Made by a program: the position numbers and the translations under genes. The notes under the pieces were generated by a model that ran no database searches, was not told where the DNA came from, and worked only from the letters and a program-made list of their open reading frames with translations. This document shows, in pieces, positions 21,580 through 31,210 of a stretch of DNA of 64,000 bases. Source of the stretch: Longimicrobiales bacterium (GTDB taxonomy: Bacteria; Gemmatimonadota; Gemmatimonadetes; Longimicrobiales; Gaopeijiaceae); NCBI GenBank assembly GCA_965238005.1, contig OZ250165.1, positions 1,568,001-1,632,000 on the forward strand, read 5' to 3'. Positions within the stretch are counted from its first letter, which is position 1, and each line of letters opens with the position of its first letter.

Positions 21580-22322
21580 CCATCACCGTTTCCTGTCCGG
21601 CATGCAGTACATCGTTTCCGGTGGACCCCGCCAAGATTCCCCCGGACGGCGTGAGAGCTCAATGCAGTGCGTGCCCCGAGATTTTCGACGTCGACAAGCC
21701 CGGCGCCGAGCCCACCTTCGCTGAACCCACCGAGACCTTCGCCGAGCCGGCGGCACCCGTCGAGTCGGAGGAGACGGAGGTGCCACCCGAGGTGCAGAGC
21801 CCGTTCGGCGCCGACGCCGAGGCAGTCGCCGGCATCGCCCACGAGACGACCGATGAGTTCGGCGGTCGTGAGATCACCTTCGACTCCGCCCCCGTAGAGA
21901 CGGACGAAGGGCTCGCTGCGGACACGGACCTGGAGGTCGAGAGCACCGAGGAGTATATCGGAGAGATCGAGGTCGAGGCTCCGGCGGCGGAGGCTCCGGC
22001 CGAGGAGGTCGCACCGAGTCCGGCACCCATCCAGTTTGGAAAGCGGACTCCGGAGGACAAGGCCAGGAGCCTCGCCAGGAGCCTCGCCAGGAGCCTCGCC
22101 AGGAGCCTCGTCTCCGACCTGATTGCGTACAACCCCGACAAGCACATGGAGGCCCTGGCTTCCGGGACGCTCGTTGAGGTGTTCGGTGAGGAGATCGAGA
22201 AGTCCTGGAAGGACTACCGGGAGCAGGTCGATCCAGAAGTGATGGAGCAGGGCACGTTTTTCAACGACGCACTCAACGAGCTTCTCGCCGACGGCGAGAG
22301 CGTGTTCAACGTCGAGGGATAA
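21576..22322 (+). CDS. Zinc-ribbon (MJ0042-finger-like) protein with acidic linker
   Basis: CPACSTSF...VRAQCSAC; C-terminal KARSLA..LVSDL. Confidence 0.8.
   Translation: MTITVSCPACSTSFPVDPAKIPPDGVRAQCSACPEIFDVDKPGAEPTFAEPTETFAEPAAPVESEETEVPPEVQSPFGADAEAVAGIAHETTDEFGGREITFDSAPVETDEGLAADTDLEVESTEEYIGEIEVEAPAAEAPAEEVAPSPAPIQFGKRTPEDKARSLARSLARSLARSLVSDLIAYNPDKHMEALASGTLVEVFGEEIEKSWKDYREQVDPEVMEQGTFFNDALNELLADGESVFNVEG
22062..22109 (+). repeat. Perfect 4 x 12-bp tandem repeat GCCAGGAGCCTC (ARSL x4)
   Basis: Read directly from the sequence. Confidence 0.95.
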
Positions 22323-22446
22323 TCACGAAGGTCACGTCGGTTGATGGCCCTGAGGATCTCGAATATATTTTGCGCGGTCGAGGGGTCGCCCTTTCGGGTG
22401 GCCCCTCTCGTGCATCCAACCAAATATCAGACGGGACCACGCAATT

Positions 22447-23560
22447 ATGAGCAGGGAAGCACTGCAACGCTTGGAAGGGCTTCGCGGCCGGATTTCCGAC
22501 CTCCGGGGGTATCTTTGACGTCGTCGCCAAGGACGCTCGCATCGCCGAGCTCGACAAGGCGATGGCGGCTTCCGGCTTTTGGGATAATCAGGAGAAGGCC
22601 CGCGAGGCTATAGCCGAATCCAACCGGCTGAAGAGCTGGGTTGGGCCGTGGCACGAGCTCGATGCCAAGGCCGCCGAGCTGGCGGAGCTCGGGGAGCTTC
22701 TCGAGGAGGAGGAGGACGAGGACCTCGAAGCCGAGCTGATCTCCGAGGTCGAGGGACTCGAAGGACCCATCGAGGCTCTCGAGCTACGGACCATGCTGCA
22801 GGGCTCGGATGACCACCGTGGCGCCCTCCTGACGGTTCACCCCGGTGCAGGCGGTCTCGAATCGCAGGATTGGGCGGAGATGCTCACGCGGATGTACGCG
22901 CGGTGGGCCGAGAGCCATGAATACGAGGTGAAGGTCCTCGATCTGCAGCCCGGGGAAGAGGCAGGCATCAAGAGCGCCACCCTAGAGGTCACGGGGGACC
23001 ATGCCTACGGGTACCTGAAGGCCGAGAAGGGCATCCACCGGCTCGTGCGCATCTCCCCCTTCGATGCCCAGTCCAGGCGACACACGTCCTTCGCCAGCGT
23101 GTTCGTATATCCTCTGGTCGACGACGAGATCGAGATCGACATCGACGAGTCCGATCTACGGATCGACACGTTCAGGGCTTCGGGAGCGGGTGGGCAGCAC
23201 GTCAACAAGACGGACTCGGCTATCCGGATCACGCATATGCCCACCGGGATCGCCGTGGCCTGTCAGCAGGAGCGGTCTCAGCACAAGAACCGCGCGACCG
23301 CCATGAAGATGCTGAAGGCTGCCCTCTACGAGCGCGCTCTCGAGGAGCAGGAGCAGGAGAAGGCGGCCGTGGAAGCCACCAAGACCGACATCGGGTGGGG
23401 CAATCAGATCCGATCGTACGTCTTTCAGCCGTACACGATGGTGAATGACCACCGCACCGACCTGAAGGTCGGCGACGTGAACAAGGTGATGGACGGGAAT
23501 CTCGATCCGTTCATCGAGGCCTACCTCAAGCAGTTCGCTTCGCAGGGCGCTGGGAAGTAG
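22447..23560 (+). CDS. prfB: Peptide chain release factor 2 with programmed +1 frameshift
   Basis: ATG 22447 to GGGGGTATCTTTGAC (CTT TGA C at 22513-22519), continuing in the +1 frame; SPF and GGQ motifs. Confidence 0.96.
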
Positions 23561-23573
23561 AGCGGGAGACACC

Positions 23574-25100
23574 GTGAGCGAAGACCTCAGTCAGGTGCGC
23601 CGGCATCGCCGGGAGAAGCTGGACGCCCTGCGGGAGAAGGGCCTCGAGCCGTACGCCTATATGTACGATCGATCCCATCTAGCCCGGGATGCCGTGGGCC
23701 TTTTCGAGCAGGAGGAGGCCGCGGGCTCCCTGAACGAGCAAGGGCAAGGCACCAGGGTCGCCGTAGCCGGCCGCATGCTGAGCTACCGGAGCCATGGGAA
23801 GAGCGCGTTCGGACACGTCGAGGATCGCTCGGGCCAGATCCAGGTCTACTTTCGTAAGAACGTCCTGGGAGACGAGAGCTTCGAGGCGCTGGACCTGCTC
23901 GACCTGGGCGACTGGATCGGGGTAGAGGGGATCCTGTTTCGGACGCGAACGGGTGAGACGACGATCCAGGTGCAGGAGTGGACGGTCCTCGCGAAGTCCC
24001 TGACGCCGCTCCCCCTGGGCAAGAGGGAGGTCGATGCTGAGACGGGCGAGCGTACGACCTTCAGCGGGTTCGCCGACACAGAGACCCGCTACAGGCAGCG
24101 GTATGCCGACCTGGCGGTCAACCCGGACGTGAGAGACGTCTTCCGGACCCGGGCGAATATCATCACCGAGCTCCGGGCGTTCCTGGACGAGGCGGACTTC
24201 CTGGAGGTCGAGACCCCGGCTCTGCAGCCGCTCTACGGTGGCGCGGCAGCCCGGCCATTCCTCACGAAGCACAATACGCTCGACAGAACGCTCTACCTGC
24301 GGATCGCTGACGAGCTCTATCTGAAGCGTCTCATCGTGGGCGGGCTCGGGCGCGTGTACGAAATTTGCAAGGACTTCAGGAACGAGGGGATCGATCGGTT
24401 CCACAATCCGGAGTTCACCATGCTCGAGTTCTATCAGGCCTTCATCGACTACCACGGCTTGATGGACTTCACCGAGGAGATGTTGTCCCGGGTGGCGATG
24501 GCGGCCACCGGCTCCACCGACGTCGTGTACCAGGGACAGGAGATCAGCTTCGCGCCCCCCTACCTGCGCGTCCCCATGCTGGGCAGGCTCTCGGAGGCGC
24601 TGGGCGTCGATGTCAGAGAGCTCTCGGAGGCCGACCTGCGTGAGCGGGCGGAAAAGCTGGATGTCCCCGCACTCGACGGCGCAGGCTGGGGTAAGCTCAT
24701 CGACGAGCTGTTCGGCGAGCTCGTGCAGCCGAACCTGATTCAGCCGACATTCGTGATGGACCATCCGAAGGAGATCAGCCCTCTGGCGAAGACCCATCGG
24801 GAGCATCCGGATCTCAGCGAGCGGTTCGAGCTCTTCATCGCCGGCGAGGAGATCTGCAACGCCTTCTCGGAGCTCAACGATCCCTTGGAGCAGCGGGAGC
24901 GCTTCGAGGCTCAGGCGCGACTGAGGGACGCCGGAGACGAAGAGACGCACCCCATCGACGAGGACTACATCAGAGCCCTGGAGTACGGCATGCCTCCCAC
25001 GGGCGGACTCGGGATGGGCGTCGACCGCCTCACCATGCTGCTGACGGATCAGGCATCCATTCGGGACGTGATCCTCTTTCCCACACTGCGAGACGAGTGA
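23574..25100 (+). CDS. lysS: Lysyl-tRNA synthetase (class II)
   Basis: RYRQRY, YGGAAARPF, FRNEG, YGMPPTGGLGMG; follows prfB. Confidence 0.97.
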   Translation: MSEDLSQVRRHRREKLDALREKGLEPYAYMYDRSHLARDAVGLFEQEEAAGSLNEQGQGTRVAVAGRMLSYRSHGKSAFGHVEDRSGQIQVYFRKNVLGDESFEALDLLDLGDWIGVEGILFRTRTGETTIQVQEWTVLAKSLTPLPLGKREVDAETGERTTFSGFADTETRYRQRYADLAVNPDVRDVFRTRANIITELRAFLDEADFLEVETPALQPLYGGAAARPFLTKHNTLDRTLYLRIADELYLKRLIVGGLGRVYEICKDFRNEGIDRFHNPEFTMLEFYQAFIDYHGLMDFTEEMLSRVAMAATGSTDVVYQGQEISFAPPYLRVPMLGRLSEALGVDVRELSEADLRERAEKLDVPALDGAGWGKLIDELFGELVQPNLIQPTFVMDHPKEISPLAKTHREHPDLSERFELFIAGEEICNAFSELNDPLEQRERFEAQARLRDAGDEETHPIDEDYIRALEYGMPPTGGLGMGVDRLTMLLTDQASIRDVILFPTLRDE

Positions 25101-26362
25101 TGCCGGGCCGGTCCTCGGGTGGGCTGGAGTGGTACATCGCCCGGCACTATCTGTCCTCCGCCCACGGAGGAAGGCTCCTCTCCTTCATCACCTGGATCGC
25201 TCTGGGCGGCGTGACCGTCGGGGTCAGCGCCCTCGTCATCGTCATCGGTGTGATGTCTGGGATGCAGGAAGATCTGATGGCTAAGATCCTCGAATCGTCG
25301 CCTCATGTGCTCGTGCTCAAGCAGGGCAGGAGCCTCCGCATGGACGACTGGCAGGAGGTGACGGCCGCTGTCCGCGAGGTAGAGGGCGTCACAGGCGTAG
25401 CGCCCCTCGTCCTCACCAACGTGGCGGTCTCCCGGGCTGGGTACACCCAGCCCGCCGATCTGTACGGTGTCTCCCTCGGTCCGGAGGGGCCCCCGGTCAC
25501 GGAGATGGAGGCGCGGATCCAGGAGGGCATCCACGACCTGGGACCGACGGCCTCCGGACTCCCGCCGGTGGTCCTGGGGAGCCGGCTGGCCGCCCGGATG
25601 TCGGTCTTCTCGGGAGATACGCTCACCGTCATCTCCTTCGAGAACATCACCGTGGACGTCATGGGCATGCCTACGCCTAGCCTTCGTCAGTACGAGATGA
25701 CCGGTACGTTCACGACGGGCATGTACGACTACGACCTGAAGAACATCTACGTCCCTCTGGAGGCTGCGCAGGACCAGCTGGACATCCTCGAGGACGACCG
25801 GATCTCGATGCTTGGGGTCCGCACGGATGACCCGGATCAGGCTTCGGTAGTCGCCCAGGCCATCCAGGAGAATCTGGGCTTCGAGTTCTACGCGGTGAGC
25901 TGGAGCACGACGAACCGTGCCCTCTTTTCGGCCCTCAAGCTCGAGAAGCTCGCCATGGGGCTGATCCTCACCCTCATCGTCGTTGTCGCCGCCTTCAACA
26001 TCGTGAGCACGTTGGTCATGGTGGTCGTGGATCGGACGCGGGAGATCGGCATCCTCAAGTCCATGGGCATGACCGACCGGATGATCCTTCGGGTCTTCGT
26101 CATTCAGGGCCTCTGGATCGGCGTGATCGGTACGGTCATCGGGACGGCGCTCGGCCTCTTCCTGGCCTGGCTGGTGGACACGTACGAGATCATCCGGATT
26201 CCGCCGGACGTCTACTTCGTGGATCGGCTCCCCGTCTCCATCCATGCGACAGACATCTTCATTATCGTGGGCATCAGCGTCCTCATCGCTCTCACAGCCA
26301 CGATCTACCCGGCGATTCAGGCCTCACGGCTCCAGCCTGTGGACGCGATCCGGCATGAGTAA
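25097..26362 (+). CDS. lolE: Lipoprotein-releasing ABC permease LolC/E
   Basis: GVMSGMQ, LFSALKLEK, VAAFNIVSTL, REIGILKSMG. Confidence 0.9.
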   Translation: MMPGRSSGGLEWYIARHYLSSAHGGRLLSFITWIALGGVTVGVSALVIVIGVMSGMQEDLMAKILESSPHVLVLKQGRSLRMDDWQEVTAAVREVEGVTGVAPLVLTNVAVSRAGYTQPADLYGVSLGPEGPPVTEMEARIQEGIHDLGPTASGLPPVVLGSRLAARMSVFSGDTLTVISFENITVDVMGMPTPSLRQYEMTGTFTTGMYDYDLKNIYVPLEAAQDQLDILEDDRISMLGVRTDDPDQASVVAQAIQENLGFEFYAVSWSTTNRALFSALKLEKLAMGLILTLIVVVAAFNIVSTLVMVVVDRTREIGILKSMGMTDRMILRVFVIQGLWIGVIGTVIGTALGLFLAWLVDTYEIIRIPPDVYFVDRLPVSIHATDIFIIVGISVLIALTATIYPAIQASRLQPVDAIRHE

Positions 26363-27050
26363 CGAGACGCCTGCGGCCGTCGAGGCGAGGGCCCTGTGGA
26401 AGAGCTTCGTGGGCGGCGACGGCCATGAACTCGCTGTACTGGAAGGGGTAGAGCTAAGCGTCGAGGCGGGGGAAGTCGTGGCCGTGGTGGGGAGCAGCGG
26501 AGCTGGGAAGTCGACCCTGCTGCACCTGCTCGGAGCCCTCGACCGGCCGAACTCGGGCGAGGTCCTGATCGGTGGTCGCGACCTCTCTCTGGTGGATGCC
26601 GAAACGCTCGCAGGGATCAGAAACGAGACTGTCGGGTTCGTGTTTCAGTTTCACCATCTGCTCCGGGAGTTCACGGCGCTGGAGAACGTGATGATGCCGT
26701 GCCTGATCTCGGGGCTGGACCGACGGGCTGCCCAAGAGCGGGCCCATGAGCTTCTGGCAGTGGTGGGACTCCAGGGACGATTGGAGCACCGTCCCGCACA
26801 GCTTTCGGGAGGAGAACAACAGAGGGTCGCCGTGGCAAGAGCGCTCTCGAACGATCCGCTCGTGCTCCTGGCGGATGAGCCTTCAGGCAACTTGGATACG
26901 CACACGAGCGAGGAGCTACATGATCTCCTCTTCCGCCTGAGGGGAGACAGGGGACTGGCGATGGTGCTGGTGACACACAATCGAGAGCTTGCCGGGAGGG
27001 CCGATCGGATCATGGAACTGAGAGACGGTCGACTCCACGAGGCGGTTTGA
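26355..27050 (+). CDS. lolD: Lipoprotein-releasing ABC ATPase LolD
   Basis: GSSGAGKSTLLH, GFVFQFHHLL, LSGGEQQR, ADEPSGNLD. Confidence 0.92.
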   Translation: MSNETPAAVEARALWKSFVGGDGHELAVLEGVELSVEAGEVVAVVGSSGAGKSTLLHLLGALDRPNSGEVLIGGRDLSLVDAETLAGIRNETVGFVFQFHHLLREFTALENVMMPCLISGLDRRAAQERAHELLAVVGLQGRLEHRPAQLSGGEQQRVAVARALSNDPLVLLADEPSGNLDTHTSEELHDLLFRLRGDRGLAMVLVTHNRELAGRADRIMELRDGRLHEAV

Positions 27051-27056
27051 GGGACG

Positions 27057-27581
27057 ATGGAAGGCAAGCAATCCAACGACGTTTGTGAAATCTGCGGGTC
27101 GGCGCACGCCGTTGTGCACCTCACGCAGATCGAGAACAACCAGATGTCGACATCTCATCTGTGCGAGAAGTGCGCGGCCGCGAAGGGCGTCGAGGGCCCC
27201 GACGAATCGGTGAACCTCCCCCTGACGGGATTCCTGGCCCAGCTCGGCGACGAGCCGACCGCCGAGGAACCCGGCGAGTCGTTCGGCTCGTGCTCCTTTT
27301 GTGGGCTCACGTTTAGCGACTTCCGTGAGGCCGGTCGACTGGGGTGCCCCCACTGCTACACCACGTTCGAGGGCTATCTGCGGGGCCTGCTGCGCCGGGT
27401 CCACGGCAGCACACAGCACGTGGGCAAGGTCTACCTGCCACCCGATCCTGCGGCCTCCGACGTGGAGAAGCAGCTCGAGGTACTCCGGCACAAGCTGCAA
27501 CGGGCCGTGGACTCCGAGGACTTCGAACGGGCTGCCGAGATCCGGGACAAGATCCGAGCCATGGAGCCTGCCGCAAGCTGA
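27057..27581 (+). CDS. mcsA: McsA-like zinc-finger/UVR protein
   Basis: Four CxxC pairs, GRLGCPHCY, EDFERAAEIRD UVR motif. Confidence 0.9.
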   Translation: MEGKQSNDVCEICGSAHAVVHLTQIENNQMSTSHLCEKCAAAKGVEGPDESVNLPLTGFLAQLGDEPTAEEPGESFGSCSFCGLTFSDFREAGRLGCPHCYTTFEGYLRGLLRRVHGSTQHVGKVYLPPDPAASDVEKQLEVLRHKLQRAVDSEDFERAAEIRDKIRAMEPAAS

Positions 27582-27589
27582 CCCCCGAC

Positions 27590-28714
27590 ATGAGCGATCT
27601 CCCGACACTCCCCGATTACGGCCTGAGCTGGCTGGATGCCAGCGGCGACCACTCCGACGTGGTGCTGTCCACTCGGGTGCGTTTGGCCCGGAACCTCCAG
27701 GGGCACGCCTTCGGGCCGAGGGCGCGGGTCAACGACCGGGAAGCCGTTCTCGAGCACACCAAGCGAGCCGCGGCGAAGGTAGGCCTGTTGAAGGGGGCCA
27801 CCCTCCTGGAGCTACCCGAGCTGGATCATCGCAGCAGGCGGATTCTCCTGGAGCGGCGTCTGGCTTCTCGAGAGCTCCTCGGCGACGTGAAGACGGGTCC
27901 CGCCCGTGCCACCGGAGTCCTGCTTGCATCGAAAGATCCGCTCAGCGTCATGATAAACGAGGAGGATCATCTCCGGATACAGGAGCTGGTCTCGGGTCTT
28001 CGCCTCAAGAAAGCGTGGAATCTGGTCGATCGTTTAGATGAGGAGCTGGGCCAGGAGCTTCCGTTCGCGTACCACCACGAGTTCGGCTTCCTGACCAGCT
28101 GCCCCACGAATGTGGGGAGCGGGCTGCGTGCTTCGGTGCTGGTGCACCTTCCCGGCCTCGTCTTGACCAAGGAGATCGGGAAGGTACTGCAGGGCTTGGG
28201 GCAGGTGGGCCTGACCTTCAGGGGCTTGTACGGTGAGGGCTCCGAGGTCGTGGGCAATTTCTTCCAGGTCTCGAACCAGACGACGCTCGGCAAAAGCGAG
28301 GAGGATCTGGTCGAGCACCTGGACAAGGTCGTGCGTCAGGTGATCCAGTACGAGAGCCAGGCGCGGCAGGTGCTCCTGAGGGATGCACCTCAGGTCACGG
28401 AAGACAAAATTTGGCGAGCATACGGTCTCCTGCGGTACGCGAGGTCGCTTTCGTTCGAGGAATTGATGAATTTGTTGTCGGGGATTCGCTTGGGAGTGGG
28501 CCTGAAACTCCTTCCAGAACTCCGGGTATATACGCTGAACAAATTGATGATTTTTACCCAGACTGCTCACTTGGAGCAGGCGGCTGGACGAGACCTGCCG
28601 CCCTCGGAGTGCGATGCTCACCGGGCGGCTTATGTGCGACGGATCCTGGCCACGGAGGGGGCTTCGCCCCCGGATGAGGAAACCGGAGAGGATGGCTTGC
28701 CCACGAAGGGATAG
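27590..28714 (+). CDS. mcsB: Protein arginine kinase McsB
   Basis: STRVRLARNL, MINEEDHLRIQ, LTSCPTNVGSGLRAS, SNQTTLG. Confidence 0.93.
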   Translation: MSDLPTLPDYGLSWLDASGDHSDVVLSTRVRLARNLQGHAFGPRARVNDREAVLEHTKRAAAKVGLLKGATLLELPELDHRSRRILLERRLASRELLGDVKTGPARATGVLLASKDPLSVMINEEDHLRIQELVSGLRLKKAWNLVDRLDEELGQELPFAYHHEFGFLTSCPTNVGSGLRASVLVHLPGLVLTKEIGKVLQGLGQVGLTFRGLYGEGSEVVGNFFQVSNQTTLGKSEEDLVEHLDKVVRQVIQYESQARQVLLRDAPQVTEDKIWRAYGLLRYARSLSFEELMNLLSGIRLGVGLKLLPELRVYTLNKLMIFTQTAHLEQAAGRDLPPSECDAHRAAYVRRILATEGASPPDEETGEDGLPTKG

Positions 28715-28726
28715 CCACCGAGCAGA

Positions 28727-31210
28727 ATGAATTACAACTTCACCGATCGCGTCCGAAAAGTGTTGGCCATGGCCCGTGAAGAGGCCATTCGCCTCCAACA
28801 CGACTACGTAGGCACCGAGCACATACTCCTGGGACTCATCCGGGAGGGTGAAGGCGTAGCTGCTGCGGTTCTCACCAACCTCAACGTGGATCTGGACCAG
28901 ATCCACGATCAGGTGGAAGAGTCCGTCAAGAAGGGGAAGGCGACGATCGCCCTCGGTGAGCTCCCGTATACGTCCAGGGCGAAGAAGGTCCTCGAGTTCG
29001 CCATGGCCGAGGCCCGGGAGCTGAATCATTCGTACGTCGGCACCGAGCACCTGCTCCTGGGGCTCCTCAGAGAGGAGAAGGGGATCGCCGCTCAGGTCCT
29101 CAACTCTTTGGGGGTCAGCATGGAGGAGGCGCGGTCCGAAACGCTCAAGGTCCTGGGCTCGGACGTGGGACCCTCGGAGGCGGCAGGGATCGGTGGGGGA
29201 GCACCGGTCACGCCGCCAACGGGCAAGGGCGAAAAGAAGTCCAAGACTCCGGCCCTCGATCATTTTTGCCGAGACCTGACCAACCTGGCACGGCAGGGGA
29301 AGCTGGATCCCACCATCGGACGCACGACGGAGATCGAGCGCGTGGTGGAGATCCTGTGCCGGCGGAAGAAGAACAATCCGGTCCTCATCGGTGAGCCCGG
29401 CGTCGGCAAGACCGCCATCGTGGAAGGACTCGCGCAGCTCATCTCCCGGAACGAGGTCACCGAGTCGCTCAAGGACCACCGGGTGCTGGCCCTGGACATG
29501 GCCGCGGTGATCGCCGGGACCAAGTACCGGGGCCAGTTCGAAGAGCGCCTCAAGGCGGTGATGAACGAGATCTCCCAAAATCAGACGGTCGTCTTGTTCA
29601 TCGACGAGCTTCACACGCTCGTGGGCGCTGGGGCTGCCGAGGGAGCCATCGACGCCTCCAACATGCTCAAGCCGTCCCTCGCCCGGGGTGAGCTGCAGTG
29701 CATCGGCGCATCGACTCTGAACGAGTACCGAAAGTACATCGAGAAGGACGGAGCGTTGGAGCGACGCTTCCAACCCGTCATCGTCGATCCGCCGTCCGTC
29801 GAAGAGACCGTCGACATTCTCCATGGTCTGCGGACGCACTACGAAGAGCACCATCGTGTGGTAATCCCCGATGAGGCCCTCAAGCAAGCCGCGAAGCTCT
29901 CCGATCGCTACATCACGGATCGGTTCCTGCCGGACAAGGCTATCGACGTCATCGACGAGGCAGGGGCCCGTGCTCGGATCGCCGCGCAGGTGCCGCCGCC
30001 CCAGGTGGAGGAGCTCAAGGACGAGCTGGCCGAGATCGCCGATCGAAAGGAAGGGGCGATCCGGGACCAGGACTTCGAGCGCGCTGCGGAGCTCCGCGAC
30101 GAAGAGCGGGCGCTACAGGAGAGGATCCGGGGCGAGCAGGACGACTGGGAAGAAGAGCGGAAGCGTCACCGCCCCGAGATCGAGTCCGAGGACGTGGCCT
30201 TCATCGTCAGCCGCTGGACGGGCATTCCGGTCACCCGGCTGCAACAGGCCGAAACGGAGCGTCTCGTCCACATGGAGGAGGAGATCCACCAGCGTGTGGT
30301 GGGCCAGGACGATGCCATCACGGCCATCGCGAGGTCCATCAGGCGCAGCCGTGCGGGGCTGAAGGATCCTCACCGCCCCATCGGGTCGTTCATCTTCTCG
30401 GGCCCCACCGGAGTCGGCAAGACCGAGCTGGCCAGGGCCCTCGCGGAATTCCTGTTCGCCGATCGCGACGCTCTGATTCGGGTGGACATGAGTGAGTACA
30501 TGGAGAAGTTCTCCATCTCGCGACTCATTGGAGCCCCTCCGGGATACGTGGGCTACGAGGACTCCGGTGCGCTCACGAAGGCGGTGCGCCGCCGGCCCTA
30601 CTCCGTCGTGCTCCTGGACGAGATCGAGAAGGCCCACCCGGACGTCTTCAACATCCTTCTGCAGGTGCTGGATGAGGGACATCTCACGGACAACTACGGC
30701 CGGGTGATCGACTTCAAGAACACGGTTCTCATCATGACCTCCAACCTGGGCGCTCGGGACATCTCCAAGAGCGGAAGCCTCGGCTTCCACGACGACGATC
30801 CCAGGTCGTCCTACGAGATCATGCAGAGAAAGGTGCGTGACGAGATCGAGAGGGCCTTCAATCCCGAGTTCCTGAATAGGGTGGATGAAACGATCGTGTT
30901 CCACATGCTGACCCGGAAAGAGATCGGACAGATCGTCCTCATCCTGCTCAGGGACATCAGCGAGCGTCTGGCGGAGGAAGAGCTCAGCCTCAACCTCTCG
31001 GACGGGGCCATCGACTTCCTCGTCGAGAAGGGGTACGACGAGAAATTCGGGGCACGGCCCCTCAGGCGGGCCATCCAGCGCTATCTCGAAGATCCTCTCT
31101 CGGAGGGGATCCTGACGGCGGACTTCTCGGCGGGTGACGAGATCGCCGTCGACGTGGACGACGAGGGAGAGGCGCTCACCTTGGCCGCGGCCTCACAGAG
31201 CAAGACGTGA
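28727..31210 (+). CDS. clpC: Clp protease ATP-binding subunit ClpC
   Basis: Two Clp-N repeats, [11 protein letters not shown] middle domain, GPTGVGKT. Confidence 0.96.
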   Translation: MNYNFTDRVRKVLAMAREEAIRLQHDYVGTEHILLGLIREGEGVAAAVLTNLNVDLDQIHDQVEESVKKGKATIALGELPYTSRAKKVLEFAMAEARELNHSYVGTEHLLLGLLREEKGIAAQVLNSLGVSMEEARSETLKVLGSDVGPSEAAGIGGGAPVTPPTGKGEKKSKTPALDHFCRDLTNLARQGKLDPTIGRTTEIERVVEILCRRKKNNPVLIGEPGVGKTAIVEGLAQLISRNEVTESLKDHRVLALDMAAVIAGTKYRGQFEERLKAVMNEISQNQTVVLFIDELHTLVGAGAAEGAIDASNMLKPSLARGELQCIGASTLNEYRKYIEKDGALERRFQPVIVDPPSVEETVDILHGLRTHYEEHHRVVIPDEALKQAAKLSDRYITDRFLPDKAIDVIDEAGARARIAAQVPPPQVEELKDELAEIADRKEGAIRDQDFERAAELRDEERALQERIRGEQDDWEEERKRHRPEIESEDVAFIVSRWTGIPVTRLQQAETERLVHMEEEIHQRVVGQDDAITAIARSIRRSRAGLKDPHRPIGSFIFSGPTGVGKTELARALAEFLFADRDALIRVDMSEYMEKFSISRLIGAPPGYVGYEDSGALTKAVRRRPYSVVLLDEIEKAHPDVFNILLQVLDEGHLTDNYGRVIDFKNTVLIMTSNLGARDISKSGSLGFHDDDPRSSYEIMQRKVRDEIERAFNPEFLNRVDETIVFHMLTRKEIGQIVLILLRDISERLAEEELSLNLSDGAIDFLVEKGYDEKFGARPLRRAIQRYLEDPLSEGILTADFSAGDEIAVDVDDEGEALTLAAASQSKT

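Noticed and set aside
28034..29887. Long antisense ORFs (e.g. 617 aa opposite clpC, and those opposite lysS and lolE)
   Set aside because: Expected from high-GC codon bias opposite conserved genes; no recognisable motifs
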